From sequence record NZ_CP031419.1: DNA of 64,000 nt. The stretch is one strand, 5' to 3'. This DNA comes from a plasmid. Positions 1-9,410 of this stretch are shown in pieces (position 1 is the stretch's first letter; every line of letters starts with the position of its first letter). Below the pieces are notes generated by a model. That model ran no database searches, was not told the DNA's origin, and saw nothing but the letters and a program-made list of their open reading frames with translations. Both the position numbers and the translations under genes were made by a program.

Positions 1-1
1 G

Positions 2-153
2 CCCACCGCGAGCGCGTTGATAGACGACCTGCTGACCCGATACGGGCGCGAGACCGTGGACGCGGTGCGTTGGCGGCAGGCCCGTGACCAACTCGACGCA
101 GATCTCAACCTGTACAGCATGTTCGGGACCGCCGGATTGATCGGCGACGACTA
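2..153 (+). CDS. 3' end of a gene starting left of the window (hypothetical)
   Basis: Frame 2 reads as protein (…LLTRYGRETVDAVRWRQARDQLDADLNLYSMFGTAGLIGDD*) with high GC3; stop TAG at 151-153. Confidence 0.3.
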
Positions 154-582
154 GCCCCGCAGCCGCTCGACACCGATCCGGATCGTGGTGACGAACACCG
201 CCGTCGCGGTGCGCGCGGCCGCACGCCGGTCCGCGACCGTCAGGGCCTCGCTCTGCGCGGCCAGCGTCGCCGCGTCGCCGCGTTCGGCGACGGTCAGCGC
301 CAACCGCCGGAACCCGATCGGCACCGGGCTATCAACGCTGTCGAGATCGGCCAAGTCCACCGGAAGCCCGCCCAAGGTGTCGATGACACCGACACAAGCC
401 AGCTCAACGAGCTGCGCCGTAGTCGGCGCGCTCTCGCCGACCAGCACCAAGAGCGGCTCCGGGCACGAGGGGCACTCGTCGTACGCGGCGCCGACGAGCT
501 GGGCAAGTAAATCCGTGTCCACGCCCCATCCGGCCAGCTTGCCGGGTGGGACCTCGAACCCGCTGTGTCCGTGGTCAATCAC
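151..582 (-). CDS. hypothetical protein
   Basis: 143-aa ORF converging on the previous gene; GTG start; no recognisable domain; weak RBS. Confidence 0.35.
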   Translation of the reverse strand: MIDHGHSGFEVPPGKLAGWGVDTDLLAQLVGAAYDECPSCPEPLLVLVGESAPTTAQLVELACVGVIDTLGGLPVDLADLDSVDSPVPIGFRRLALTVAERGDAATLAAQSEALTVADRRAAARTATAVFVTTIRIGVERLRG

Positions 583-707
583 ACGTAGATGGTGTCACCG
601 ATCAGCCCGGAAGTTCGGCCGAACGAGCACGAGAGCCCCAGGGCAGATGGCGCCGGGCTCCCACCCCGACCAATGCCGGGCGTGCCGGTGAGCCTTCCAC
701 GCCAGGA

Positions 708-1376
708 TCAGCGTCGCGGTTTCCTCGCGGTGAACAACGTGACATCTCCTACCTCGCTGAGATTCACCTCGGCGAAGGCGCTTCTCAGCGCCGTCTCCAG
801 TCCGGCGTGGTCGTCCGCTGCGTTGTTGAACGCCCCGACCTCGGTGTAGATCGCAGTCAACACCCGGCCGAACAGCGTGCTGGACTTCCGGTTGAGGATG
901 GTCGATCCGAACAGCACGCCGTCGTCGGCGAGCACCTGGGCGAGATGAGCGAACGCCACACCTTTCTCACCGAAATCGCCCGGTAGGCAGTGAAGAACGA
1001 AGTTGATCCCGATCGAGTCGAACCCAACCCCAGCGCTTTCGGGCACGGGGTCTAGAACGCTTGCTGCGACGGTACGAACGTCGCAGCTCCTACCCTCCAG
1101 CCGACGGCGAGTATGCGCCAGCGGCTCCGGGTTCAGATCCATCAGCGTGACGGCGGACTCCGGGGGCAGCTCGGCGTTGGCCAGGTACCACCCGGAACCC
1201 GGGCCCACCTCGAGGTGCTTCCGGCCGATGAACCGGTTGTACTGGTCCAGCATGACCTCTGCCGGGCATTGCCAGGCGAACCGGTCCGACAGCTTGATGA
1301 CCCACAAGTCGTAGACCGCCAAGAACGCGGGCGTATACGGCTCTGCGGCGATGCGGGCGGCATCCTTGCCTGCCAT
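708..1376 (-). CDS. class I SAM-dependent methyltransferase
   Basis: VGPGSGW glycine-rich SAM motif; start ATG at 1376 chosen because GGGAGGA RBS sits 5 nt upstream (track ORF extends to 1481). Confidence 0.75.
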   Translation of the reverse strand: MAGKDAARIAAEPYTPAFLAVYDLWVIKLSDRFAWQCPAEVMLDQYNRFIGRKHLEVGPGSGWYLANAELPPESAVTLMDLNPEPLAHTRRRLEGRSCDVRTVAASVLDPVPESAGVGFDSIGINFVLHCLPGDFGEKGVAFAHLAQVLADDGVLFGSTILNRKSSTLFGRVLTAIYTEVGAFNNAADDHAGLETALRSAFAEVNLSEVGDVTLFTARKPRR

Positions 1377-1528
1377 GGGTCCTCCCAGCTCAAGGAACGG
1401 GTCCGTCCGTCTGGAACCCTCACAACGCCAGCTGACCATGCTGGCGCAGTCCGGGCCCAGGATCTCACACACCCTGGCCACTCGGCGCAGATCGCATTGC
1501 CTCGCACCCGGAAGAGATCATTGTGCGT

Positions 1529-1543
1529 TAATGTATCTAAAGA
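1529..1543 (-). promoter_or_regulatory. TTTAGATACATTA motif copy 1 (upstream of 708..1376)
   Basis: plus strand taATGTATCTAAAga; same orientation relative to the downstream gene as all other copies. Confidence 0.5.
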
Positions 1544-1627
1544 GTCTATAGACACCAACGAGGAAGGAGGCCGCTATCGAAGTGGACGCTGTGGCACACC
1601 CACGACCGTGGCCAGCAGCGATTCATC

Positions 1628-1951
1628 TTGGTTAACCGAAATCAGCGTGTCGCGTGCTCCGGCGCGACTCTCCATGCAAGGATGTCGCACATGGCTGGAG
1701 TAAAGCGCCTGTCTTACTCACGAAAGACGTACGGCTTCAAGCTGCATCAGAACGTCGACAAACTGATCGACGAGTTGGCCGCCGCCGAAACTGGAGGCGA
1801 CCGGAGCAGGTTGCTGACGTTGCTGGTGTGCGAGAGGCGCGGCGTCCCGGTCGACGAGATCCTCGTTCCCGATGAGAACGGCCAGGAGTCACTACTCGAC
1901 GGCACCACGAAAAAGGAGGTCACAAGGAAGCACCGACAATCGGTCGCATAG
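1628..1951 (+). CDS. hypothetical protein
   Basis: 107-aa ORF (TTG start; alternative internal ATG at 1681); no domain recognised. Confidence 0.35.
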   Translation: MVNRNQRVACSGATLHARMSHMAGVKRLSYSRKTYGFKLHQNVDKLIDELAAAETGGDRSRLLTLLVCERRGVPVDEILVPDENGQESLLDGTTKKEVTRKHRQSVA

Positions 1952-2148
1952 TCCGGGGCTAGCTCACGCCAGCACGCCCTGAAGACCAGCGGAGACCAAA
2001 GACCACAAACTGAACAATCGACCGGGTTAACCACATGGACGGAAGCCCTCAGCCACGCCTAGCCGAGAGCTCCCGGTTCGTCCATGGGGGATGAGCATTC
2101 GCCTTCTCATCTCCACGGTGTACCCCCTCAGCAACGAAAGGCCATCCC

Positions 2149-4026
2149 TTGCTGAAGGAACCCAGGGTCGAGGATACCGCACGCCCGAAATCCGGTTCAA
2201 CCGAAACCGCAGAGTGTGTCGAAAACTCACCCTCCTCAAACCGAAGCGGCAGCCCACCAGGGCCACCATCACAGCTCAGATTGCGCGAGTTGGACCATGT
2301 CCTCTACTCCGGTCCCTACGTTCTCATCGACGCCGACAACCATTCGCCGCGCCGGACCCGGTCTCTCGACAGGGCGTACGCCGCGATCGACGCCGGCGAG
2401 GTTGCTACGGCTGGTGGGACTCTCCGGCCTGGCAACGTCGGCGCAGACATCGACCCCCTCCCAGAGCACGCTGTGCTCGGTGACGCGGTCGCCGAGGTAC
2501 TCGTCGGGTGGCTCCACGATCAGGGCATCTTCTACCTGGCGCGTGAGTCCGGTCGGCCCGGAGGTCGGCACGTTGTAGGCGTCGGCGCATCGCCGGACCA
2601 GATGGAGGAATGGAACCGCCTGTGCGCCGATACCGCGCAAGCGTTCGGCGTTCCGGTCGACGACCGCTCTGGCGGCGTGCTGAGACTGCTCGCCGCCCCG
2701 CACCGCAAGGGATACTCCGCACCTGTTCTCGGCGGAACGCTGACGCTGAACGCCCCCACCGTGAGGACGCGAGCCAGCCGGGTCCGCGGTGCGCGGCCGG
2801 CGCGTCGACGGCCTTCGCCTAGCTCTCGCCCGGCGCCCGCTGGTCCCGACACCTCCCGCTCTGCGCGGGAGTACGGGCAAGTCTGCGCCATGATCCGCCG
2901 TGGATGCACCCCTGCCGAGGCGTGGCGGGCCCAGAACCGCCCCGGATCGAAAGCTTCCGAGCGTGGAGAGCACCGGTGGCGGCGCTTCGTCTGGCTCGAT
3001 GCCCACACCACCGTGTGCGCCGAGGAAGGGCTTACGCCGGAGCAAGCATGGCAGCGGGTCAGCGCAGCAAGTCCGGCCGTGTGCCGCAAGATCGGACGGC
3101 GAGCATGGCAGCGCCTCTGGGAGCGTGCGGTCGAGCAGGCGGCCATTCAGCGGCCGCGCCGGCGGCGCCTGCCGTCCGACACTGTGAATAGGTCGACGGG
3201 AGCGGACAACGCGCGGATCGCCGCTGTCGCAGCGGGCCTCAAAACAGCACTCGATGCGACAGATCTGGGCGTGCGCCCCCAACGACGGAGGAACTGCGAG
3301 ATTCTGCTGCTGAACCTCGCGCCGGTCTTCGTCAGGCGGGAGGGTTCAATCTCGGTGCGGGATATCGCTCTTCGTGCGGGCATCGACGTGAAAACGGTCC
3401 GGGTGTGCCGCGACCTACTCATCGCCCACGGACTTCTCGCGACGACGCACCACTACGCAGGCGGCGCGTCGGACAGCCACGCTTACGCGATGGGACCAGC
3501 GGCCCGTCCTTACGTCGACGACGCAGTTTCGAAAATTTCCCCCACTTGTCCGAAGGACACCCCCCTCCCCCCAACGCCCTCCGGCCGCGCCGACCGCTCC
3601 CTCCTCCGCTCCCGCTTCCGCCGTGAACGCCACCACTGGCGCATCCGCTGCGCAGCCCTAGCCGACCTACCCCCTGGTGAATCCCTGGCCAGCAGCTCGT
3701 CACCCGCGGTGAAGGCGTACCGCTCGCTGCGCTACCAGCAGCGCTGGTGGCGCAGCCTGTCGTGCGACGACCAGGAGGCGCGTCGGGCTGCCAGGCGCGC
3801 GACACTCGAGGCGCTGACCCCCAGCGCCCGCTCGGCCTGGTTCAACTGGCTGGACCGGCGGAACAGCCTGGTGGCCGTGGTTGATCGGGCTGCCGCCGGA
3901 ACCTTCACTTCGACCGACCGATCTGTCCTGGCTGCTGCGCCTCGAACTGTGCACACGGGGCTGCAAGACCCCAGCTGGCAGCCCTGCCGCCCTCGGAGCA
4001 GACAGCTCGTCTTGGCGGCGGCTTAG
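2149..4026 (+). CDS. plasmid-type replication protein, Prim-Pol (primase-polymerase)-like N-terminal domain with C-terminal wHTH
   Basis: hhhDhD motif 'YVLIDADNH' and sGxH-like 'GGRHVVGV' as in Prim-Pol/RepB' proteins; C-terminal 'ISVRDIALRAGIDVKTVRVCRDLL' HTH; lies immediately upstream of the iteron array; TTG start with GAAAGG RBS. Confidence 0.5.
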   Translation: MLKEPRVEDTARPKSGSTETAECVENSPSSNRSGSPPGPPSQLRLRELDHVLYSGPYVLIDADNHSPRRTRSLDRAYAAIDAGEVATAGGTLRPGNVGADIDPLPEHAVLGDAVAEVLVGWLHDQGIFYLARESGRPGGRHVVGVGASPDQMEEWNRLCADTAQAFGVPVDDRSGGVLRLLAAPHRKGYSAPVLGGTLTLNAPTVRTRASRVRGARPARRRPSPSSRPAPAGPDTSRSAREYGQVCAMIRRGCTPAEAWRAQNRPGSKASERGEHRWRRFVWLDAHTTVCAEEGLTPEQAWQRVSAASPAVCRKIGRRAWQRLWERAVEQAAIQRPRRRRLPSDTVNRSTGADNARIAAVAAGLKTALDATDLGVRPQRRRNCEILLLNLAPVFVRREGSISVRDIALRAGIDVKTVRVCRDLLIAHGLLATTHHYAGGASDSHAYAMGPAARPYVDDAVSKISPTCPKDTPLPPTPSGRADRSLLRSRFRRERHHWRIRCAALADLPPGESLASSSSPAVKAYRSLRYQQRWWRSLSCDDQEARRAARRATLEALTPSARSAWFNWLDRRNSLVAVVDRAAAGTFTSTDRSVLAAAPRTVHTGLQDPSWQPCRPRSRQLVLAAA

Positions 4027-4348
4027 GCTAGACGGGGGTACTGAGCGCGCGGCGGATCGTAACCGGCAGGTGGAGGTCCGATAGCTTTGGAAGAGCCGTG
4101 AGCCCCGGCACTATTGGGGCTCTGCGGGCTTGTGGCGGACACGGACGCGGCGAGGGTAACGACTGAACTCTGACACGGTCCAGCGGGTTGAGCAGTGCCG
4201 GTGTCGGGCTCCGTCGGCTGGGCCGTACGGCATACACACCGCGTGAGCAGGGAGGCCAGGCGACCGGACTGGGCCCAGCAGTGCGAGCCGCCTCGCGCCT
4301 CGAACCTGATGTGGCGGGTCGAACGGTTCGAGCTGCGTGCTCAAGAGC

Positions 4349-4539
4349 GAAACTTCCCACACAACTTCGGAGTTGGGCCGGTTAAGGAGTGTTCGGTGCC
4401 AGCGGAAACTTCCCACACCGCGAATATCGGGTAAACCACGGTTTACCCGAGCCCGGGTTGAATCCGGCGCTGACGTCAGCAGGTCGAAGAACTTCACTAC
4501 GTGCGTGAGGTCGCAGGCCAGAGTGGAAACTTCCCACAC
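4349..4539. repeat. iteron array: GAAACTTCCCACAC x3 (4349-4362, 4405-4418, 4526-4539) plus variant GAAGAACTTCAC; nested TCGAAC palindromes at 4300-4340
   Basis: exact 14-bp direct repeats in a non-coding stretch between rep and parA; 2 more copies at 7007-7020 and 7086-7100. Confidence 0.7.
4429..4448. promoter_or_regulatory. parS-like palindrome GGGTAAACCaCGGTTTACCC
   Basis: one-mismatch copy of the 16-bp palindrome GTAAACCGCGGTTTAC found 3 more times downstream of parB. Confidence 0.55.
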
Positions 4540-4713
4540 TGACCACAATCTCAAAACGTCCGTTTTGGAAGCGTGGCAGGGCCGCGTGAACGGCAAGGAT
4601 TCCGCCGAGCCCTTCCGGGTCGACCGGCGACCGAGGGCCTCAGCGCGTCGTCACAGTGACGAAATGGTTTGGGGGAAGGCAGTGGTTGGTAAACGCAGTC
4701 TCTCGGCCCAACT

Positions 4714-4980
4714 TCAGGTTTGGTTCGAGGGGACCTCGGGCATGCGTCCGTGTTCGTCGGGTCGCGGCACGCCGGCCGAATCGAGCCAGGCGTTGACGGC
4801 ATCGTCTACGGTCTTAGAGATGACGTAGCCGCGCTTCTTGATCCAGTCGAGACGAGCGATCGTCGAAGCATGGAGTTGCGTCCCAAACTGCTTCTTGCCG
4901 ACGCCTTTTCGAACCGGCAGCTCCACGGCCGCGGCTACTGAGGAATCTCCGCTGGTAGGTGTACTGCGCGAAGCATTCAC
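4714..4980 (-). CDS. small basic protein, possible RHH/ParG-like DNA-binding protein divergent from parA
   Basis: 88 aa from GTG with GGAGGAG RBS 5 nt upstream; KKQFGTQLHASTIARLDWIKKRGY segment; position typical of a partition-operon regulator. Confidence 0.45.
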   Translation of the reverse strand: MNASRSTPTSGDSSVAAAVELPVRKGVGKKQFGTQLHASTIARLDWIKKRGYVISKTVDDAVNAWLDSAGVPRPDEHGRMPEVPSNQT

Positions 4981-5168
4981 GGTAACTCCTCCAATGAAGA
5001 TGGACATCCGGTTCTTCAGTGCGGTTTCGGCGAATCGCCGCCGTAGCCGTTGACACTAGAAAACTATCTTATATCCTCTCTTACAGTCGCAGTTACCACC
5101 GCGGCGATTCTCAAACCCAAATCCGAAGTAGCCCACACGATGTGGGCGAAGTACACGGAGGTAGAACC

Positions 5169-5882
5169 ATGGCATACGTCGAGGTTGTTCTGAATCAGAA
5201 GGGTGGCGTCGGCAAGTCCACGCTCACCGTCAACCTGGCGGCCACCACCGCGGATGCGCTGTCGAGCTCGGAGCCGGGCACCATCTCTCCCGTTGCGGCG
5301 GTCAGCATCGACCCCCAGGGGTCGGCAGTCTGGTGGGCAGACCGAGTTGCGGATCTGCCGTTTCATATCGTCCAGGCGCACAATGACATTGAAGGACTGC
5401 GCGCTCTCCGGAACAGCAGCAGCATCGACCACTTCTACGTCGACACCCCAGGCTGGATCGGCCACGACGAAGATGACGAAGCAGCTGCCGACCCTCTCGG
5501 CAAGGGGCCCGCGGCCGAGGCGCTGCGCGCTGTGCTCGAATCCGCTGACCACGTGATCGTGCCGATCGAGCCCGAGCCGCTCGCGTTCGATCCGACGGCT
5601 CGGACAATCGAGAAGGTCATCAAGCCGCGTGGGTTGGATTTCCTTGTCGTAGTCAACAACTGGGACCCACGAGACGGTATGGCGGACTTGGAGCAGACCA
5701 AGGACTACGTCAAGGCCAACGGGTGGCCTCTCGCGAATACCGTGATCCGCCACTACAAGGTTCACGCACGTGCCGCAGCCGAAGGCACCGTGGTGACGGA
5801 GTACCCGCGCAACCGAGTTAGCTTGGAAGCGCGTGCCGATTTCAGCAAGCTCGCTCTTGAGCTCAAGGCCGGGGCTCGCTGA
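5169..5882 (+). CDS. parA: ParA partition ATPase
   Basis: deviant Walker A 'NQKGGVGKST'; GGAGG RBS; ATGA overlap with parB. Confidence 0.9.
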   Translation: MAYVEVVLNQKGGVGKSTLTVNLAATTADALSSSEPGTISPVAAVSIDPQGSAVWWADRVADLPFHIVQAHNDIEGLRALRNSSSIDHFYVDTPGWIGHDEDDEAAADPLGKGPAAEALRAVLESADHVIVPIEPEPLAFDPTARTIEKVIKPRGLDFLVVVNNWDPRDGMADLEQTKDYVKANGWPLANTVIRHYKVHARAAAEGTVVTEYPRNRVSLEARADFSKLALELKAGAR

Positions 5883-6799
5883 TGGCCGGCCGGGGCGGTC
5901 GTGCGAACCTCGCCGACCTGGTTGGTTCCACTGGGAAGAACTCCACGGTCGACGGTGTGAACGCACGAGCCAGTTCGCCTGCAAAAGGGTCGACACCCGA
6001 GGTGGTGGTCAATGGGGCGCCACTGGAGATCAAGCTGGAAGATCTCGTGGCGAATCCGTTGAACCCGCGCGAGATCATGGATGTGGACGATCTCGCTTCT
6101 ATCATCGAGATTCAGCTGCAACCGGCATTGATCATCGGCCGAGAGGCGTACCTGAAGCTCTGGCCCGAGCTGGAGTCGGAGCTGGGTGATGCCAAGTATG
6201 TCGTCATCAACGGTTGCCGACGTCTGGAGGCTGCCCGAAAGTTCGGCCGGACGACCCTTGAGTGCGTTCGCAAAGACGAAGTCGCTGACTCGAGAGCGAG
6301 TCTGCGAGCGGCGTCCATCCGAGAGAACGTCGAACGGGAGAACCTCGACGTAATCGAAGAGGCGAAGGCCGTCGAGGCGTTGGTTTCGGACTGCGAGGGC
6401 AACGGAGCGCGGGCCGGGCAGATCCTCGGCAAGACGAAAATGTGGGTGTCTCAACGCCGGGCGCTTCTAAAGCTCACACCGGAGCTTCAGGCGAAGCTTC
6501 GGGCGGGCGAGCTTGCTATCCGAGAAGCCCGAGAACTCGGCCGAGTTCCCGCTGAGGAACAGGTCGCCCGCTGGAAGGCTCAGCTGGAGAAGAAGGAGAG
6601 GGAGCAAGAGGGCGAGACGTCGGAGTCGAATACGTCGAGGCGCGATGTCGACACCGTGAAGATCGTCAAGACGCTCAAGAAGTGGGACGCGGACACTGCG
6701 GTTCTCGCCTCCGCGCTCTTCGTGCATCTCGATCGAGGTGGTGTGCACGAGTTGATCGAGCAGCTAAATCAGATGGCTACGTCGAAGGAAGGCGAGTAG
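5882..6799 (+). CDS. parB: ParB partition protein (ParB/Srx N-terminal domain)
   Basis: 'LANPLNPRE' and 'INGCRRLEAA' ParB boxes; coupled to parA. Confidence 0.85.
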   Translation: MAGRGGRANLADLVGSTGKNSTVDGVNARASSPAKGSTPEVVVNGAPLEIKLEDLVANPLNPREIMDVDDLASIIEIQLQPALIIGREAYLKLWPELESELGDAKYVVINGCRRLEAARKFGRTTLECVRKDEVADSRASLRAASIRENVERENLDVIEEAKAVEALVSDCEGNGARAGQILGKTKMWVSQRRALLKLTPELQAKLRAGELAIREARELGRVPAEEQVARWKAQLEKKEREQEGETSESNTSRRDVDTVKIVKTLKKWDADTAVLASALFVHLDRGGVHELIEQLNQMATSKEGE

Positions 6800-6906
6800 T
6801 TCCTCGTCCTCTGTGTGGGAAGTTTCGGGGCCGGTAGACCAATGGTCTACCGGCCCCGACTCAATTCACGTGATCAATTCGTCTAGTCGCGCGATGCGCT
6901 CCATGC

Positions 6907-7134
6907 GGTAAACCGCGGTTTACCCGGAGTGTCCGTGACTGCTGCCGGTGGCCCGCCGTCTCTGGACCTTCCGTCGGGTCCGACGCATGGAATGCGAGCT
7001 GTTGGCGAAACTTCCCACACAACCTCTTCGGCGAGTAAACCGCGGTTTACCGTATGGCCCCACACCCGGCCATCGGCCACAGGGCGAGAACTTCCCACAC
7101 AAACTTCAATGGGGGTAAACCGCGGTTTACCCCC
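6907..7134. repeat. centromere/res-like cluster: palindrome GTAAACCGCGGTTTAC x3 (6907-6924, 7035-7050, 7111-7134) interleaved with iterons GAAACTTCCCACAC (7007-7020, 7086-7100)
   Basis: perfect 16-bp palindromes, each ~10-18 bp after an iteron; sits between the parB stop and the recombinase gene end. Confidence 0.7.
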
Positions 7135-8077
7135 ACATCGCCAGCACTCGGTCGGCTTCCGCTTCTGCCGCATCGAGCAGGGCTTCGACGTCAGCCATGG
7201 ATTCCACTGCGCGCCGCCGGGCTGCGAGACCATGGTCAAAGTGGTCGTTACCGAGGGGTGGGCACTGGCTCTCGAAGGTGGGGTCATGGACGAGGTCGAC
7301 GCCGTCGTCTCGACGGCGTTTCCGTGGGCGATGGGTTGGCACTCTGCCGAGAATGTGCGCGGCGGTGATTACCCCGATCGAGCCGGGGGTGAGTGGCGAG
7401 GGATCGAGAGCCGGGCTACCGTCCCGGTCGAGGGCAAAGAGCAGCGGGCCTGTGGTGTGGGCCGCAGCGGATATGCGCTCAGGGAGCGTCTCGCGCTCGA
7501 GGTGCTGCTCCAGGAGATAGGTCGCGGTCGGCCGGTGCACGACAGCGAGGACTGCCGCCCAACGTCGGAAAGCGGCGACGGGGCAGATCGCGCGGTCGTC
7601 AGCGGCACGAAGGACTACGAGGGGCCCGGCGCCGATCTCGATGCGGTCCGAGCGGATCGCGACCTCGGATCGGTCAAGTCCTGCGATGAGCGGAAAGGAG
7701 AGGCCGGAGCGGGCTAGGTGGAGCAAGACCGCGTCGCGGCGGCCGAATAGCCCCGCAGGCCAGCCCCAGGTAGGAAGGTTCGGCAGGGCCGCTTCGATTA
7801 GTCCGTGAAGCCGCTCGGTCCTGGCGGCGCGGGCAGGATTCATCAAGTTGCGGACGTATGGTGATCGGCCGGGTGCGGGAAATCCAGCATTGCGGTGCGC
7901 CCAGTTGATGGCACTGAGGCGGCCTCGTTGGGTTGACGGTGCCGCCGGCGCGGACGCCAGGTACTCGCCGACCGCGCTCGGGTCGGCGGGCATCGGCGTA
8001 TGGCCATGCACGGCGCACCAGTCAGCGAAGCGGGAGTAGTCATAGCGGTAGCGCGCGGTGAGGGCATCGCTCACCAT
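7127..8077 (-). CDS. tyrosine-recombinase-like protein (SAM-like N-domain; catalytic motifs not clearly conserved)
   Basis: N-terminus 'YDYSRFADWCAVHGHTPMPADPSAVGEYL' resembles integrase core-binding domain; overlaps the upstream integrase stop by 7 nt. Confidence 0.55.
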   Translation of the reverse strand: MVSDALTARYRYDYSRFADWCAVHGHTPMPADPSAVGEYLASAPAAPSTQRGRLSAINWAHRNAGFPAPGRSPYVRNLMNPARAARTERLHGLIEAALPNLPTWGWPAGLFGRRDAVLLHLARSGLSFPLIAGLDRSEVAIRSDRIEIGAGPLVVLRAADDRAICPVAAFRRWAAVLAVVHRPTATYLLEQHLERETLPERISAAAHTTGPLLFALDRDGSPALDPSPLTPGSIGVITAAHILGRVPTHRPRKRRRDDGVDLVHDPTFESQCPPLGNDHFDHGLAARRRAVESMADVEALLDAAEAEADRVLAMWG

Positions 8078-9321
8078 GGCAGCCGGGTGGCGGCGTTGCC
8101 GACCAGAGGAGCGTGTTCACGGGCATACACCCGGAGCATGGAGACTGACTTGTGTCGGGTTTGGCGCTGGATCTCGTAGTCGCTGGCGCCGAGTCGGTAG
8201 CCCTGCGTAACGAAGCCGCTGCGAAGGGAATGGCCCGCGAATAAGGCTGCGGTCTCTTTGTCGTACCCGACTGCCATTAATCGGCGGCGCAGCATATCGC
8301 CGACGGCTTCGGCCGTCAGCGCGGTAGATGCGATGTTCCCGTGGCGGTCGACCGCACGGAAGGCGGGGTTTCGCGAATTGGTGAGTTCGGGCCAGCGGCC
8401 GCGGCATACGTGCCGCTCGCAGTAGTCGTCGGTCTTGTTCAGCAGCTCCTGCACAGCAATGCGACCGCCGGCGTCGCGCGCTGCCACGAGGTCGAGCCAG
8501 CGCCGCCACGCGCACGGCGGGCATGTTGCGGGCTCGCTGCCCCGTGGGAGTGCGACCACCACTTCCTCTTCCTGCGATCCCTTCGAGATTCGCAGCCGGA
8601 CGTGGAGGCCGTCGAGCCTGTGCGGAGTGATGTCCTCAAGCCAGCGCTCGGTCATCTCCGAGGCACGGAACGCGCCAGTGAACCCCATCAGCAGCAGTGC
8701 GGCGTCGCGGTGGGCGGCGATGCGCTGAGCGTCGTTCACCGCCTGGCGGCGGGCCTGGGTGACGAGCTCGCGCACGTCGTCGACGAGTACCGGTTCGGCG
8801 CGTTTGGGGCGGCGCTCGCCCTTCTCTCGGCAGGCCCTCCGGATGCCGGTCAGTACCTCGGCGACGATCCGTGCCGAGCCCGGATGCGGGTAGCCGGCCG
8901 CCCGGTGGCGGTCCCCGATCGCGGCAACCCATCGGGTGAGGGTCGGCGGAGCGTAGCGGCGTCGTCCTTTGCTATCGCGCAGTACGGCGGCTTCGCTGAT
9001 GTAGAGGGCCACGGTGAGTGGATGGGCGGGCAGCGCCTGGTGCCCCTGCGTAGCGTTCACCGCGCACCAGCGCTCGAACCGCCGCCAGTCCGTCGCGTAG
9101 GAGCGAATCGTGTTGCGGGCCTGGGCGGTGGCGGTGGACTCCCCGATGAGCCGGAGATCCTCGCTTGACAGCGACGGCAGCGGCGCCAATGCCAATTCCG
9201 CGTCGGAGTCCACATCGGCAATTCCAAGAGGCGTCAGCACCTCCCGAATGCGGTCGATCTCCGCGTCGGCCAGCGCCGGTGCTGCCGCCTGGCGGTAGAC
9301 CTCGATCTCCTTGCCGGTCAT
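8071..9321 (-). CDS. tyrosine recombinase / integrase (XerC/D-phage integrase family)
   Basis: box I 'LLLMGFTGAFRASEM', box II 'HSLRSGFVTQ', catalytic Tyr region 'LRVYAREH'; start at ATG 9321 (MTGKEIEVY) or 9363. Confidence 0.85.
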   Translation of the reverse strand: MTGKEIEVYRQAAAPALADAEIDRIREVLTPLGIADVDSDAELALAPLPSLSSEDLRLIGESTATAQARNTIRSYATDWRRFERWCAVNATQGHQALPAHPLTVALYISEAAVLRDSKGRRRYAPPTLTRWVAAIGDRHRAAGYPHPGSARIVAEVLTGIRRACREKGERRPKRAEPVLVDDVRELVTQARRQAVNDAQRIAAHRDAALLLMGFTGAFRASEMTERWLEDITPHRLDGLHVRLRISKGSQEEEVVVALPRGSEPATCPPCAWRRWLDLVAARDAGGRIAVQELLNKTDDYCERHVCRGRWPELTNSRNPAFRAVDRHGNIASTALTAEAVGDMLRRRLMAVGYDKETAALFAGHSLRSGFVTQGYRLGASDYEIQRQTRHKSVSMLRVYAREHAPLVGNAATRLPW

Positions 9322-9410
9322 GTGGAGGAGCTTAGCCGTGTGGGCCGACATCCTCACTGGCACAAAACGTTCTGTGTCGGCGGATTGGAAGAGGCCCCGA
9401 AGTGTCGAGG

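Noticed and set aside
4447-4470. tRNA T-arm-like CCCGG-GTTGAAT-CCGG
   Set aside because: No acceptor/anticodon arms or CCA context could be built around it; lies inside the iteron region
4349-7100. Possible CRISPR array (short direct repeats)
   Set aside because: Only 14-bp repeats, irregular spacing, no cas genes; fits iterons/centromere instead
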